From the sequence record DRR723986_9968: DNA of 64,000 nt, one strand, 5' to 3'. The notes below the pieces were generated by a model. The model worked only from the letters and a program-made list of their open reading frames with translations. It was not told the DNA's origin and searched no databases. Positions 27,163 to 38,011 of the stretch are shown one piece after another. The translations under genes were made by a program, and so were the position numbers. Positions within the stretch are counted from its first letter, which is position 1; the number at the start of each line of letters is the position of its first letter.

Positions 27163-28437
27163 ATGTCCATGAAATCCATTATTCTAATTACTGCTATTTG
27201 CTTTTCAGCAATTGTTAATGCTCAAACTCATAAGTGCCAGACTTATGAATTGATGCAACATCAAGAATCTTTAACTCCAGGTTATTTAAATGCCGTCAAT
27301 GAAAGTTTTGATCGTGCAAAAATGATTCAAAGTCAAGATCGATCAACGGTTCATCAAATCAATGTGGTTGTGCATATCGTTTATAATCAACCAGAAGAAA
27401 ACTTGGCAGATAGTGTAGTATTTGATCAAATTGCACGTTTAAATGAAGACTTCAGAAGACTAAATGCCGATACGACTAATTTAAGAGACACGTTCAACAC
27501 TATAGTTGGTGATAGTTTTATTGAATTTCAATTGGCTACCATAGATCCTCAAGGAAATCCAACCAACGGAATTACACGAACGCAAACCACTGAAACCTCT
27601 TTTATTGATTTCTCTCAATTCCCAGCTGAAGGTGTAAAATCAACAGCAGACGGTGGAATTGACCCATGGGATCAAGAACATTATTTGAATATTTGGGTCT
27701 GCAATATGAGTTTTGCCGGAACACCTTTCTTGTTGGGTTATGCGACTCCACCAAACAACCTACCTCATTGGCCTCCAGGTTCTGCAGACAACATGAGTGA
27801 TGGCGTTGTCATTGAATATGAAGCTTTCGGTTCAAATAATCCAAACACCTTAGATTTAGGCTCTGGGCCCGTCACTGTTTTAGGCAGAACTTGCGTTCAT
27901 GAAATTGGTCATTATTTAGGTTTAAGACATATTTGGGGTGACGGAGATTGCGCTGAACAAGACGGAATTGATGATACTCCAAATGCCTTAGATCAATCAA
28001 ATCAAGATTGTGACACCACTAAAAACACGTGCACAGACGCCATTCCAGTATTAGGTGACTTGCCAGATATGGTTGAAAACTACATGGATTATTCGTCAGA
28101 AGAATGCCAAAATTCATTCACACAGGGGCAAATTGATTTAATGAGATCTATCATTGAAAATGAACGTGTTGGGCTGATCAGTCCTAACCCAGCAAGTTTA
28201 GGAACAGAAACTGAACTAAGTTTTAGTGTATTCCCGAATCCTACTAACGGGTCATCTATCATAAAAACCAATTTGATTGAGCCGGTACAATTTGAGTTAA
28301 TTTCTGAAACAGGGGCAATTTTGCGAACTGAAATGGTGCAGTCTACTATTGAAATTCATGATTTGAATCCAGGAGTTTACTTTGTACGAATGAGTACAGA
28401 AAATAATTCTAACACACAGAAATTAGTGGTGCTGTAA
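27163..28437 (+). CDS. M43 (pappalysin/ulilysin-like) zinc metalloprotease with T9SS type A CTD
   Basis: HEIGHYLGLRHIWGD and NYMDYS motifs; C-terminal VFPNP...GVYFV...KLVV. Confidence 0.92.
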   Translation: MSMKSIILITAICFSAIVNAQTHKCQTYELMQHQESLTPGYLNAVNESFDRAKMIQSQDRSTVHQINVVVHIVYNQPEENLADSVVFDQIARLNEDFRRLNADTTNLRDTFNTIVGDSFIEFQLATIDPQGNPTNGITRTQTTETSFIDFSQFPAEGVKSTADGGIDPWDQEHYLNIWVCNMSFAGTPFLLGYATPPNNLPHWPPGSADNMSDGVVIEYEAFGSNNPNTLDLGSGPVTVLGRTCVHEIGHYLGLRHIWGDGDCAEQDGIDDTPNALDQSNQDCDTTKNTCTDAIPVLGDLPDMVENYMDYSSEECQNSFTQGQIDLMRSIIENERVGLISPNPASLGTETELSFSVFPNPTNGSSIIKTNLIEPVQFELISETGAILRTEMVQSTIEIHDLNPGVYFVRMSTENNSNTQKLVVL

Positions 28438-29073
28438 TTAAACGGTTAACACAAAATTTTCTTGACTTCTTCTGACTTTTTTACGTTGAGCGTTGGCATC
28501 ATCTGTTGCTCTGTATCCGATAGGTAATACTAAAACTGCAGCCAAGTTTTGCTCTTCTAAATTTAGAATTCTGTCATATTCTTCCGGAATAAACCCTTCC
28601 ATGGGACATGAGTCTATGTCAAGCAATGCACATGCAGTCAACAAATTTCCGAGTTCAATATAAACCTGCTTTTCCAGCCAAAGGGTTTGTTCTTCATCTG
28701 ATTTGGTGAGAATTGAATTGACCATCATGTTTTTGAATCCATCTAAAGATTTAGGATCTTGATTTCTAGTGTCGGCCATTAAGTTGACATAATCCTCAAA
28801 ATGTTTTAAATCCAAATCTCTCTCTCGGCATAATACTAATAGATGCGAAGCGTCCGTTACCTGACGTTGACCAAAAGAACATGAAACCAACTTTTCTCTC
28901 ATTTCAGGATTTTCAACGACAACTATTTTCATCAGTTGTAAACCATACGAAGTAGCCGTTAATCTGGCAGCCTCTAGGACAGTTTGCAACTGTTCAGATG
29001 ACAACTTTTTAGTAGGGTCAAATTTCTTAACGGCGTATCTATTATTTAGACTTTTGATGAGTTTCTCTTTCAT
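28438..29073 (-). CDS. Nitroreductase-family NAD(P)H-dependent oxidoreductase
   Basis: RYAVKKFD, SYGLQ and IDSCPMEGF motifs. ATG 29073 preferred because TATCTTTG lies at 29091-29098. Confidence 0.9.
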   Translation of the reverse strand: MKEKLIKSLNNRYAVKKFDPTKKLSSEQLQTVLEAARLTATSYGLQLMKIVVVENPEMREKLVSCSFGQRQVTDASHLLVLCRERDLDLKHFEDYVNLMADTRNQDPKSLDGFKNMMVNSILTKSDEEQTLWLEKQVYIELGNLLTACALLDIDSCPMEGFIPEEYDRILNLEEQNLAAVLVLPIGYRATDDANAQRKKVRRSQENFVLTV

Positions 29074-29148
29074 GACAGTTGATTCTAGCACAAAGATACA
29101 TTTTCTGACATCATCAAAATAAATAGCTTGCTTTTCTGTTTATACCGT

Positions 29149-29958
29149 ATGAAACCCAAAATTCATGTCATCCTTGTTATTTTGATAGGATGCTACAGTT
29201 GCCGAAAAGAAGAAAGAATGGAGTCTAAAATCGAAGGCTATGATATTATCCTCAACATTGGACAATCAAATACCCATTATGGAGATGAAGGACCTTTTAG
29301 TGTCCCAAAAGTGCATCCCGACATCAAGCAGCTCGGACGATTTGGGGAGAACAACATGGAGATTATTGCAGCAAATGAACCCTTAGAGCATCATTCTCAA
29401 CTCGACAACAGTGTAGGATTGGCAACCACTTTTGCAGAATTATATCGGCAAGAATACCTCCAGGATAATCGGCAACTTTTAATCATTCCTTGTGGACAAG
29501 CAGGATCTGGGTTTCAAGATGATAAGTGGAGCATTGGCGGATATCTGTATACGGATGCGTTTAGAAGAGTTGAACACATCTATCAATTCGCCGATAAAAG
29601 TAAACTGGTTGCTATTTTATGGCATCAAGGCGAAAATGATATTGGTAACGAAAGTTATGAGCAAAATTTGGATGATTTTATAGAAGCGATCAGAACGCAA
29701 TTGAATAATAAAACTGTCCCGTTTATATTAGGAGGCATGGTGCCTTATTGGGTCAGTCAATCAGCAGATCGAAAAATGATACAATCCATTATTAAGGATA
29801 CCCCAAACCGTTTATTAAATACGGCCTATGCTGATCCAGATTTACCATTTGAAATCGAAAAAGAAATAAAAGATCAAAATGCTATTCATTATGATGGTGC
29901 TGGACTGATTGAATTAGGAAGAAGATACTTCAAATCCTATCAAAATATTGTGAACTAA
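29149..29958 (+). CDS. Sialate O-acetylesterase (SASA/SGNH) family protein, probable lipoprotein
   Basis: GQSN, LWHQGEND and IHY motifs; GCYSC lipobox region. Confidence 0.82.
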   Translation: MKPKIHVILVILIGCYSCRKEERMESKIEGYDIILNIGQSNTHYGDEGPFSVPKVHPDIKQLGRFGENNMEIIAANEPLEHHSQLDNSVGLATTFAELYRQEYLQDNRQLLIIPCGQAGSGFQDDKWSIGGYLYTDAFRRVEHIYQFADKSKLVAILWHQGENDIGNESYEQNLDDFIEAIRTQLNNKTVPFILGGMVPYWVSQSADRKMIQSIIKDTPNRLLNTAYADPDLPFEIEKEIKDQNAIHYDGAGLIELGRRYFKSYQNIVN

Positions 29959-30085
29959 ACGTTTTCTAAACTTTTATATTGTAGATTTTATAGGGGATAC
30001 ATGTGTTTTTGATGAAAAATTCAATCTCCAAGTCATTTTATAGCCTAATTCAATTATATTTGTTTCTATTCAAAAATTAGAGCGC

Positions 30086-30463
30086 ATGGCAGAGTTAGTA
30101 AGATATTCAGATTCAGATTTAAAAGAGTTTAGAGAAATTATTGAAGCTAAATTGAAGGAAGCGAAAGAAGATTTAAAGCTTTTAAAAGGACAGTTAGATC
30201 ATAGTGACGATCATGGAACAGATGATACAGGTAGATCATTTAATATGATGGAAGATGGATCTGAAACCATGTCCAGAGAAGAAATGGCTCAACTTGCTGC
30301 CAGACAAGAAAAATTCATCCAAAATCTTGGTAATGCGCTCATCAGAATTGAGAATAAGACTTACGGAATTTGCAGAGTTACAGGTAAATTAATTCAAAAG
30401 CAAAGATTGAAATTAGTTCCTCATGCTACGTTGAGCATTGAGGCTAAAAATGCCCAAGGATAA
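30086..30463 (+). CDS. dksA: TraR/DksA family protein
   Basis: ALIRIENKTYGICRVTGKLI..RL..VPHATLS; upstream TATATTTG at 30055. Confidence 0.9.
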   Translation: MAELVRYSDSDLKEFREIIEAKLKEAKEDLKLLKGQLDHSDDHGTDDTGRSFNMMEDGSETMSREEMAQLAARQEKFIQNLGNALIRIENKTYGICRVTGKLIQKQRLKLVPHATLSIEAKNAQG

Positions 30464-31178
30464 TCTCGTTTTGGGTAAAAAAGTAATCTTAGTAATTCTC
30501 GGCGTTTTACTTATCGATCAAATCGTTAAGGTATACATCAAAACGCAATTTGGTCCACACGAACAAGTTCCAATAATTGACGGATTTTTTCAGTTTTACT
30601 ACATTGAAAACCGTGGAATGGCCTTTGGCACAACCTTAGGTGCAGGAGTTTGGGCAAAATATGCGCTATCTATTTTCAGATTACTTGCAATTGTTGGTAT
30701 TGGATACTATATCAGAAAATTATTAAGTGAAGAAGGCACCTCTAAAGGAATGATAATCGCCGTAGGGCTAATTTTTGCAGGTGCTGCAGGAAATTTAATA
30801 GATGGGATGTTTTATGATTTCATCTGGGAATTAGATCCAAATATTTCATGGAATTGGGAGCTTGATGGCAACAACAGTTGGGTAATTGGTCCTGATGGAA
30901 ATCCCGTTTTACGTCCGCATGGTTTTCTTTTAGGCAGTGTTGTAGATATGTTTCAATTCACGGTTACCTGGCCTAGCTGGATGCCTTTTGATTTAGGAGG
31001 AAAAGAAGTGTTTGGTGCAATATGGAATGTAGCTGATGGATCAATTACGTTGGGTGTTGCCATCATAGTTGTAAGATATAAGACCTTTTTCAAAAAAGTT
31101 AGCCCGAAGGCTGAAGAAGAACAGCACAATGAAGCTGATGAACCTACGACTTCAACAAGTCCTCCAACAGCAGAATAA
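30450..31178 (+). CDS. lspA: Lipoprotein signal peptidase II
   Basis: IDQIVK, ENRGMAFG, GAAGNLID, VVDM and NVAD motifs. Confidence 0.92.
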   Translation: MPKDNLVLGKKVILVILGVLLIDQIVKVYIKTQFGPHEQVPIIDGFFQFYYIENRGMAFGTTLGAGVWAKYALSIFRLLAIVGIGYYIRKLLSEEGTSKGMIIAVGLIFAGAAGNLIDGMFYDFIWELDPNISWNWELDGNNSWVIGPDGNPVLRPHGFLLGSVVDMFQFTVTWPSWMPFDLGGKEVFGAIWNVADGSITLGVAIIVVRYKTFFKKVSPKAEEEQHNEADEPTTSTSPPTAE

Positions 31179-31806
31179 CTGATTCTTCATCAGCTGATTT
31201 TGGGACAAATATTTGGTCGGTTAAGCCTAAATTTTCAAAATGATTTTTGGACGTCTCACCAAGAACAATAAATCGGATATTGTCTGCTTTATTTTCTAAT
31301 AAAAAGCCGTCAATGTTTGAAGGTGAAGTCAATATCGCTATATCAATCCTGGTTTCATAATGACTGGCAAGACTAGTGTTATAAACCACTTTAACGATAC
31401 ATTCATTACCAGGATTGGCATTGGCAATGCTCTTTTTAGACAATTGACTTTGCGGAAAAAGCACCGTTGCATGTGGACCAATGAATTCAAAAAATTCTTT
31501 TCCAATTTCAGAAGGAGTCTTACTTGTATCACCAGTAAAATTGGCCTCAATCCCTCTAGCAGCCAATCTCATTTGAGTTCCTTTACCATACACCCCAATC
31601 TTCTTAGCTAATAAAGGGTAATTATTAAAGTAAACATCTAATCCGTTTGGAGATGAGAAAAACACCCAATCGGTTGAAGGAATTTCTATATCTAAAACCG
31701 GATCAATTCGAATAAAAGGAGCTTCAATTAATTCAATGCCTTTTTCTTGGCACCAAGTGCGTAATTGTGATTCACTGGGTAAATTTCGAGAAACTAAAAT
31801 TCTCAT
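31144..31806 (-). CDS. hemD: Uroporphyrinogen-III synthase
   Basis: WVFFSSPNG, GKGT, VYNT and LTSPS motifs; follows hemC. Confidence 0.85.
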   Translation of the reverse strand: MRILVSRNLPSESQLRTWCQEKGIELIEAPFIRIDPVLDIEIPSTDWVFFSSPNGLDVYFNNYPLLAKKIGVYGKGTQMRLAARGIEANFTGDTSKTPSEIGKEFFEFIGPHATVLFPQSQLSKKSIANANPGNECIVKVVYNTSLASHYETRIDIAILTSPSNIDGFLLENKADNIRFIVLGETSKNHFENLGLTDQIFVPKSADEESVILLLEDLLKS

Positions 31807-32696
31807 AGCTGCGACTTTAAATCTTCGATAATGGTATCAATTAGCTCATCTTTATTTGCAGACTGATAAGAATGTACATTCGCTACACTGGTCTTAGAAT
31901 TGGCAAAACTTGTATAAACAGTGAATTCGCTGTTATCGTTAGTACAATAAACACCCAATGGCAATTGACATCCACCATCCATTTGCTTCAACACTTGTCG
32001 TTCAATATAAATTTCTTTCTCAACTTTTTGATTGTGCAAGACGCTCAATGCCTCTATCAAATCACCTTCGCCTTCTCTAATTTGTAAACCAAGCACTCCT
32101 TGAGCTGGGGCCGGAACAAAAACAGTTGGATCCAATTCAACCAATTGCAAATCAGATAAATCTAATTCCAATCTTTTTAGGCCTGCAGCGGCTAAAATGA
32201 TAGCGTCATATTGACCTTCTCTCAATTTATTTACTCGCGTAGGAACGTTCCCCCTCAATTCTTTCAACTCAACATCAGTTCTTAATCGTCTCATCTGCGT
32301 TTGACGTCTTGCTGATGAAGTTCCGACTACGGCATTCTCAATCAAATCAAGGACATTCAGTTCATCAACTGATTCTTTTCGAATAATCAATAGGTCAGCA
32401 GGATCCGCTCGGTAAGAAACAGCTCCAATGATCAGCCCATCAGGAGAAGTCGTTTCTAAATCTTTATGTGAGTGTACGGCTAAATCAATTTCTTTATTTA
32501 GTAGACTCTCTTCAATCTCTTTAGTGAAAAAACCCTTGCCTTCAATTTTATCGAAGCTTAAATCTTGAATGGTGTCCCCACGCGTAATGATGATTTTTAT
32601 TTCCACCTCGTGACCAGCCTTCTCAAGCTCATCTTTAACATAATTTGCTTGCCATAAGGCCAAATCACTTCCTCTTGATCCTATTTTGATCTTCAT
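31803..32696 (-). CDS. hemC: Hydroxymethylbilane synthase
   Basis: GSRGSDLALWQ, AVHSHKD, GTSSARR, RGNV and GGCQLP motifs. Confidence 0.96.
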   Translation of the reverse strand: MKIKIGSRGSDLALWQANYVKDELEKAGHEVEIKIIITRGDTIQDLSFDKIEGKGFFTKEIEESLLNKEIDLAVHSHKDLETTSPDGLIIGAVSYRADPADLLIIRKESVDELNVLDLIENAVVGTSSARRQTQMRRLRTDVELKELRGNVPTRVNKLREGQYDAIILAAAGLKRLELDLSDLQLVELDPTVFVPAPAQGVLGLQIREGEGDLIEALSVLHNQKVEKEIYIERQVLKQMDGGCQLPLGVYCTNDNSEFTVYTSFANSKTSVANVHSYQSANKDELIDTIIEDLKSQL

Positions 32697-33928
32697 TTCT
32701 CAAATTCTTTATTAGCGACCATTTGTTTGGCCATGATCATAGGAACACTGACGTACTTTTTTTCCATATAATCTAAAATCTTGTCAACGACTTCACGAGA
32801 TTCATCATCTAGCTTTTCCAAATCTTTCGAAAAGACATTTTCAAGCGCGTTTTGTTTAATCTCTTTTACTTTTTCAGGAATAGACCTCATTTTAAGTTCA
32901 ACCTGGCGCATCTTAAAGATTTCTTTGAATTCTTCAACGGCCTCAAAAATAATTTGACGCACATGAATTAATTCCTTTTTACGAGACTTTAAATTCTTTT
33001 CAGAAATTTGCTTTAGGTAATCCACAGATATATGATCCACCGGATACTTCTCTTTTATTACAGGATCAAGATCTGAAGGTACTGCAAGATCAATTACAAT
33101 TTTTTTTCCTTTTTCACCAGCTAAAAGCGAAGCGTATATCTGCTCATTAATTGGATGTCCATTCGCAGCCGTACAACAGACTAATAAATCAAAACCTTGA
33201 TCATGCCCACTTATCGAACTCAATTTTTTGGCCTTACCATTTAACATTTCTGACAGTAACTCGGCTCTTTTTAATGATCGATTAAATACGGTGAAATTGG
33301 TAAACCCGTGTTTCAATAAAAACCTACCCATGTTGGTATTGGTTACGCCTGCTCCCACAAAAAGTACCCGAGCATCATCAGACAATCCTCTGTCTGCCAA
33401 CTCATGGTAAGCCAAAGACACCACTGAAACAGGCTTTTCTGCAATGCTAGTTTCTGTAAAAACTCGTTTGGCAGTTTGAACAACTTGTCGCATTACTATT
33501 CTGATCGTATCGCCAGAAAGTTTGTTCACACGTGCAAATTCAAATGCATCCTTCATTTGTGTAATTATCTCACGTTCTCCAATAACCATTGAATCTAAAG
33601 AAGAAGACACTTCAATGAGATGATTTACTGCATTAATTCCGTTCCACTGCTTAGCATTTTCTATTAAATGAAGTATATGATTCTGATCCCAATCAGGATT
33701 GAATTCATTGAGCAAATGAGTTAAAAATATTTGATCGACTTCTACATTGGTCACAAAAACGAATTCAACCCGGTTACAGGTGGATACATACATCAATTCC
33801 GAAATATTCAATTGATCCTTAAGATGTTGCATCCTTGGCTGAATCTCATCATTTTCCAAATGAAATTTTCCTATTTCTTCAACACCAATTGAATGATGCG
33901 TGAATGCTATGACGTTAAAGCGTAACAC
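32693..33928 (-). CDS. hemA: Glutamyl-tRNA reductase
   Basis: STCNRVE, SLDSMVIGEREI, GAG and IDLAVP motifs. Confidence 0.94.
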   Translation of the reverse strand: MLRFNVIAFTHHSIGVEEIGKFHLENDEIQPRMQHLKDQLNISELMYVSTCNRVEFVFVTNVEVDQIFLTHLLNEFNPDWDQNHILHLIENAKQWNGINAVNHLIEVSSSLDSMVIGEREIITQMKDAFEFARVNKLSGDTIRIVMRQVVQTAKRVFTETSIAEKPVSVVSLAYHELADRGLSDDARVLFVGAGVTNTNMGRFLLKHGFTNFTVFNRSLKRAELLSEMLNGKAKKLSSISGHDQGFDLLVCCTAANGHPINEQIYASLLAGEKGKKIVIDLAVPSDLDPVIKEKYPVDHISVDYLKQISEKNLKSRKKELIHVRQIIFEAVEEFKEIFKMRQVELKMRSIPEKVKEIKQNALENVFSKDLEKLDDESREVVDKILDYMEKKYVSVPMIMAKQMVANKEFEK

Positions 33929-34200
33929 AATGTTGGGGCTGCAAAATTGACTAAAGTTTGGACTCCTTTTGTCATAGAAATGTCATAACAAAAACTGATT
34001 ATTATCTGTTTTTTAAAGAGAAGTGATTTCACTTAAATAAATAAACATGTCTATACAATCAGTTAATACCTCATTAATATCATTTCTATCAACGGTATTG
34101 AAATAAATACCCCATATTGAATAAGAGATTAAGCGATTTTACTTTTGAAATATCACTGAAAGCATTTTCCTTTAACCTCAATCAAACCCAAATTTTATAT

Positions 34201-35742
34201 ATGTCTAATAAAGCATCAAATAGTCTACACGAGCTCATTACGAGTCTCAACAAAAGTGAAAAACGATACTTCAAAGTATTCTCATCACGTCATACAATTG
34301 GAGAAGAAAACAGTTACATCAAATTATTCGATTATATCGACAAGATGGACGAATATGATGAGGACAAACTGTTCAAACATTTTAAGGGTCAGGCCTTTTT
34401 AAATAAGTTTTCTATCACGAAAGCTAGGCTGTACAATAACATCCTCAAGAGTTTAGACACCTTTCACTCCACATCCTCAATTGACGCACAAATATTCAGA
34501 TCAATTCATAGTGCCGAAATACTGTATAATAAAGGATTATACCGGCAGTCTGAAAAAATCTTGAATTCAGCTGAGAAGCAAGCAAGAAAACATGAGAACT
34601 TCAATCTGCTACTTGAAATAAAAGAGAAGCAAAAAAAACTAATTGAAAACGAGCTATATACGGATGTCAAAGCTGCAGAAATTACCAAAATGTTCGCTGA
34701 TGAAAGTAGAATCGTTAAAGAAATATCCACTTTTCACAAGTTATGGAATGTTAAAAGTTTGTTGTTTCAAGAAATTAACAGAAATGGCAAAGTGAGGGAT
34801 GAAAACGAGACACTGAAATTAAGTGAACTCGTTGATCAAATTAAATCGATTACTAAAGAAGACAGTAGTACAAAATGTCGATACTTATTTCATCATATTC
34901 AGAGCGCATACTACTTTTCAGTCAATGATTTAAGCTTGTCACATTATCATTTAAATGCCATCATTGAGTTACTAGAAAAAGATCAGACATTGTCTAAACA
35001 GCAGCCCAATATTTATTTTTCATCACTAACCAATTTCATTTATATCTCAACTAAATTGAAAAAGTATGATTTGGCTCAAGATCACCTATTGAAACTTAAA
35101 AAACTTTCGAATCCCGGTAAAAACATTGATTTAGATATTAAATATTTTTCAAGCACAATGAGTTTAGAATTGTCTCTTCTTGCTGAAAAAGGGGAATACG
35201 AAAAGGCTTTGGAATTAGTCCCTCAAATAGAAGAAGCTTATCGCTTGTACGCAGGACATATTAATAGCCTGAGAAAAGCTCATATAGACTTTCAAGTTGC
35301 CGTAATTTATTTGGGGTTAGGTGAATTCTCGAAGGCACTAAGCTGGACAAACAACATCTTAAACGAGAATAAAATTGACCAAAAACAGGACATTTATTGT
35401 TTCGCACAACTGATCAATTTAATTCTTCATTTTGAATTAGATAACAGTCGTTTTTTACCTTATGCAATAAACAGCACTAAGCGTTATTTAAAAAACAGAA
35501 ACCGGATATATAAATTCGAAGAAATCTTTTTGAAATTAATTTCTCAGCTTTCTAAAACTACTAACGTGTTTGATTTACAAGAAAAACTAGCACCAATTGA
35601 AAGTCTGTTGGCGGATTTAAAAAATGATCCAAAAGAGCAAGTTGTTTTCGAATATTTTGATTTTCTAACTTGGGTACGAAGCAAATTGACAGGGAAAAAC
35701 TTTCTAGCACTTAAGCAACAAGAAATAGCAACAGTAGTGTAA
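34201..35742 (+). CDS. Conserved Bacteroidota helical/TPR-like cytoplasmic protein
   Basis: LHELITSLNKSEKRYFK N-terminus, TPR-like helices and C-terminal YFDFLTWVRSK; ATG 34201 preferred. Confidence 0.75.
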   Translation: MSNKASNSLHELITSLNKSEKRYFKVFSSRHTIGEENSYIKLFDYIDKMDEYDEDKLFKHFKGQAFLNKFSITKARLYNNILKSLDTFHSTSSIDAQIFRSIHSAEILYNKGLYRQSEKILNSAEKQARKHENFNLLLEIKEKQKKLIENELYTDVKAAEITKMFADESRIVKEISTFHKLWNVKSLLFQEINRNGKVRDENETLKLSELVDQIKSITKEDSSTKCRYLFHHIQSAYYFSVNDLSLSHYHLNAIIELLEKDQTLSKQQPNIYFSSLTNFIYISTKLKKYDLAQDHLLKLKKLSNPGKNIDLDIKYFSSTMSLELSLLAEKGEYEKALELVPQIEEAYRLYAGHINSLRKAHIDFQVAVIYLGLGEFSKALSWTNNILNENKIDQKQDIYCFAQLINLILHFELDNSRFLPYAINSTKRYLKNRNRIYKFEEIFLKLISQLSKTTNVFDLQEKLAPIESLLADLKNDPKEQVVFEYFDFLTWVRSKLTGKNFLALKQQEIATVV

Positions 35743-35745
35743 TTA

Positions 35746-37905
35746 CTACTTCATTAATATTACATGACCCTGCACCGTGACTGGTACATCTGTTTTAAAG
35801 TCATTGTAAATTATTTTCCAAGTATAAACGCCGTCATCTGCCATTACACCTTGGTATGAACCATCCCATCCTGCGTTTAATTCATGGGCATGATGAATAA
35901 GCTCACCCCAACGGTTAAAAATAAATAACTCGATTACTTGATCTTCGTAAAGCACTGGTTGCCAAACATTATTATAGGCATCACCATTTGGAGTAAATGC
36001 ATTGGGAACAATAATAGGAATAACTGGTGTTACCGTAATTTGTTTTTGTGACCAGTCTGAACAACCAAATTCATTGTAAACAATTTGTTTAGGATGATAA
36101 ACTCCCGGTTCATTATAAAAATGCCAAGTTGTATCAGCTGTTACAGTATAGCCATCACCAAATTGATAACTTACTTGGACGGCATCTGTTGACTGATCAA
36201 TAAAATAGAAGTTAGCCTCATACTCATTTGCTTCAGGAGGTGTAACATCAAACATTGAAGTTGGCCTAGGAAAAACTTCTATCAATCCAGGGCGGTCCAT
36301 TGTAAGAGTATCTATACACCCGGCATCTGTCCAAATGGTTAATGAAATATCATATACGCCAACATCATAAACATTTACGGGATGAGTGTCAGTAGATGTG
36401 GTTCCATCTCCCAAATCCCAGAGAGAGTATATTGTTGTACTTCCAGAAGATAAATTCACCAATTGCGCTTCATATGGAGCACATTTTAACTCATCTTCTA
36501 TTCCGAAATTAATTGCCGGTGGAGCTGCAACTTCTACATTGTCTGTATAGCTTGTTGCGCATTGATCGTACTTCACGATAAACGTAACTGGATGGGATCC
36601 AGGGGAATTGTACACAATATTACTTGGGTTTTGCGTTACGTCTGTCATTGGGTTCGCAACCGTTCCAAATAGCCATTCAAAAGTGGTTCCGGTAGCCGGG
36701 AATACCCCTTGACCATTAAAATCGTAACTATTGCCAACTATACACTGAATAGGCGGCGGTTCAAAAAATGCTTCTATTTCATCATTAATAATGAAAGTGT
36801 TAATTGCAGTGTCTGTACATGACCATCCTGGATTTACAACTAACATAACATCATACACTCCTGCTTGCGGAAAAGTATACGAAGGCTCAAATGAAGTACT
36901 TTGATCAGCAGTTGTTCCTGGAACTCCAAAATCCCACAAATAATTGGTTCCACCCCAACTCGTATTTTCAAAATCAATGGTCAATCCCTGACAGTATGAA
37001 ACAAAAGTTGACAGCTGATTTTGTGGTGTCATTTCTGCTTCCAGTTGCACTTCACAGCTAATCACTTTAAATAAAAAATCTCTCGTATTGACTCCAATTA
37101 AAACCCCGTTTCTATATTCTTTGACGCATACACCGACAGCAAATAACCCTTGAGCGCCTGGAGAAGCGATCATTTGACCTGTGTTAGGGTCAATCGATAT
37201 TGAGCCAGCACTAAATGGTGAAGCCGCGGATATTCCTGCCGCCCATTGAACATCAGTATACGGCGGTGGTGATGCAGGATTCGGAGCAGGAGCAAATGAA
37301 GTGCCTCCTTGATAAGGAGTACACATTTCATACACTAAAACGTCTCCATCAGGATCAGTTGCTGAATGATCGAAAATCAAGTCTTGGTCAGCACATAAAA
37401 ATATGGGTGGAAAATTATTAAATCTCGGACTACTATTTGTTGCCACTACCGAAGTGGGCGGAATAACAGTAGTTAAAGTAAGGCCTTGATCGCCAGGATT
37501 TATCAGGTTGGTTACATTTGGCCCACGACAACATCTTTGATAAGACAGGGTATATCCTGTACTTGACGCAGGTAATGTCACTACCTTCTCATAAATAGCT
37601 TCTTCAACACAAACACCTGATGGTGTTGTCACACAAGGATTAGAAAAAGTTATTGGTAACTCAACTTTTCCTGGAAAAGGAATAGTGAAGTTCATTAGTT
37701 GAATGTTGTTTCCGTCAAATACAGTAATTGGCAAGTTGGCATCATATGCTGCTCCGTCCGAATAACAGTCACGATAAAGTTTAACAGTGACACGATATTC
37801 AGTACCACCTAAATGATCATAGAAAATCTCACCACCAACAATGTGGGAAGCATACATGGTAACATGCATGCAACATAAAACTAATATGGCTGCAATTCTA
37901 GACAA
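35746..37905 (-). CDS. PKD-domain T9SS type B (gliding motility-associated CTD) cargo protein
   Basis: ASHIVGGE, QRCCR, PKD motifs (WDFG) and PNAFTPNGD..IFNRWGE CTD. Confidence 0.9.
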   Translation of the reverse strand: MSRIAAILVLCCMHVTMYASHIVGGEIFYDHLGGTEYRVTVKLYRDCYSDGAAYDANLPITVFDGNNIQLMNFTIPFPGKVELPITFSNPCVTTPSGVCVEEAIYEKVVTLPASSTGYTLSYQRCCRGPNVTNLINPGDQGLTLTTVIPPTSVVATNSSPRFNNFPPIFLCADQDLIFDHSATDPDGDVLVYEMCTPYQGGTSFAPAPNPASPPPYTDVQWAAGISAASPFSAGSISIDPNTGQMIASPGAQGLFAVGVCVKEYRNGVLIGVNTRDFLFKVISCEVQLEAEMTPQNQLSTFVSYCQGLTIDFENTSWGGTNYLWDFGVPGTTADQSTSFEPSYTFPQAGVYDVMLVVNPGWSCTDTAINTFIINDEIEAFFEPPPIQCIVGNSYDFNGQGVFPATGTTFEWLFGTVANPMTDVTQNPSNIVYNSPGSHPVTFIVKYDQCATSYTDNVEVAAPPAINFGIEDELKCAPYEAQLVNLSSGSTTIYSLWDLGDGTTSTDTHPVNVYDVGVYDISLTIWTDAGCIDTLTMDRPGLIEVFPRPTSMFDVTPPEANEYEANFYFIDQSTDAVQVSYQFGDGYTVTADTTWHFYNEPGVYHPKQIVYNEFGCSDWSQKQITVTPVIPIIVPNAFTPNGDAYNNVWQPVLYEDQVIELFIFNRWGELIHHAHELNAGWDGSYQGVMADDGVYTWKIIYNDFKTDVPVTVQGHVILMK

Positions 37906-38011
37906 TGGACGACTAATTTACAAAAATGACTGCTTATTTGTACTAAAATATTGATAAACAGTTGCATCTATTTATTGTATAACAATAATTAGGCCTAAAA
38001 GGTTGCCTTTA

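Noticed and set aside
31144-31178. 35-bp convergent overlap of lspA and hemD
   Set aside because: It involves only a low-complexity LspA tail; such overlaps are common in compact genomes.
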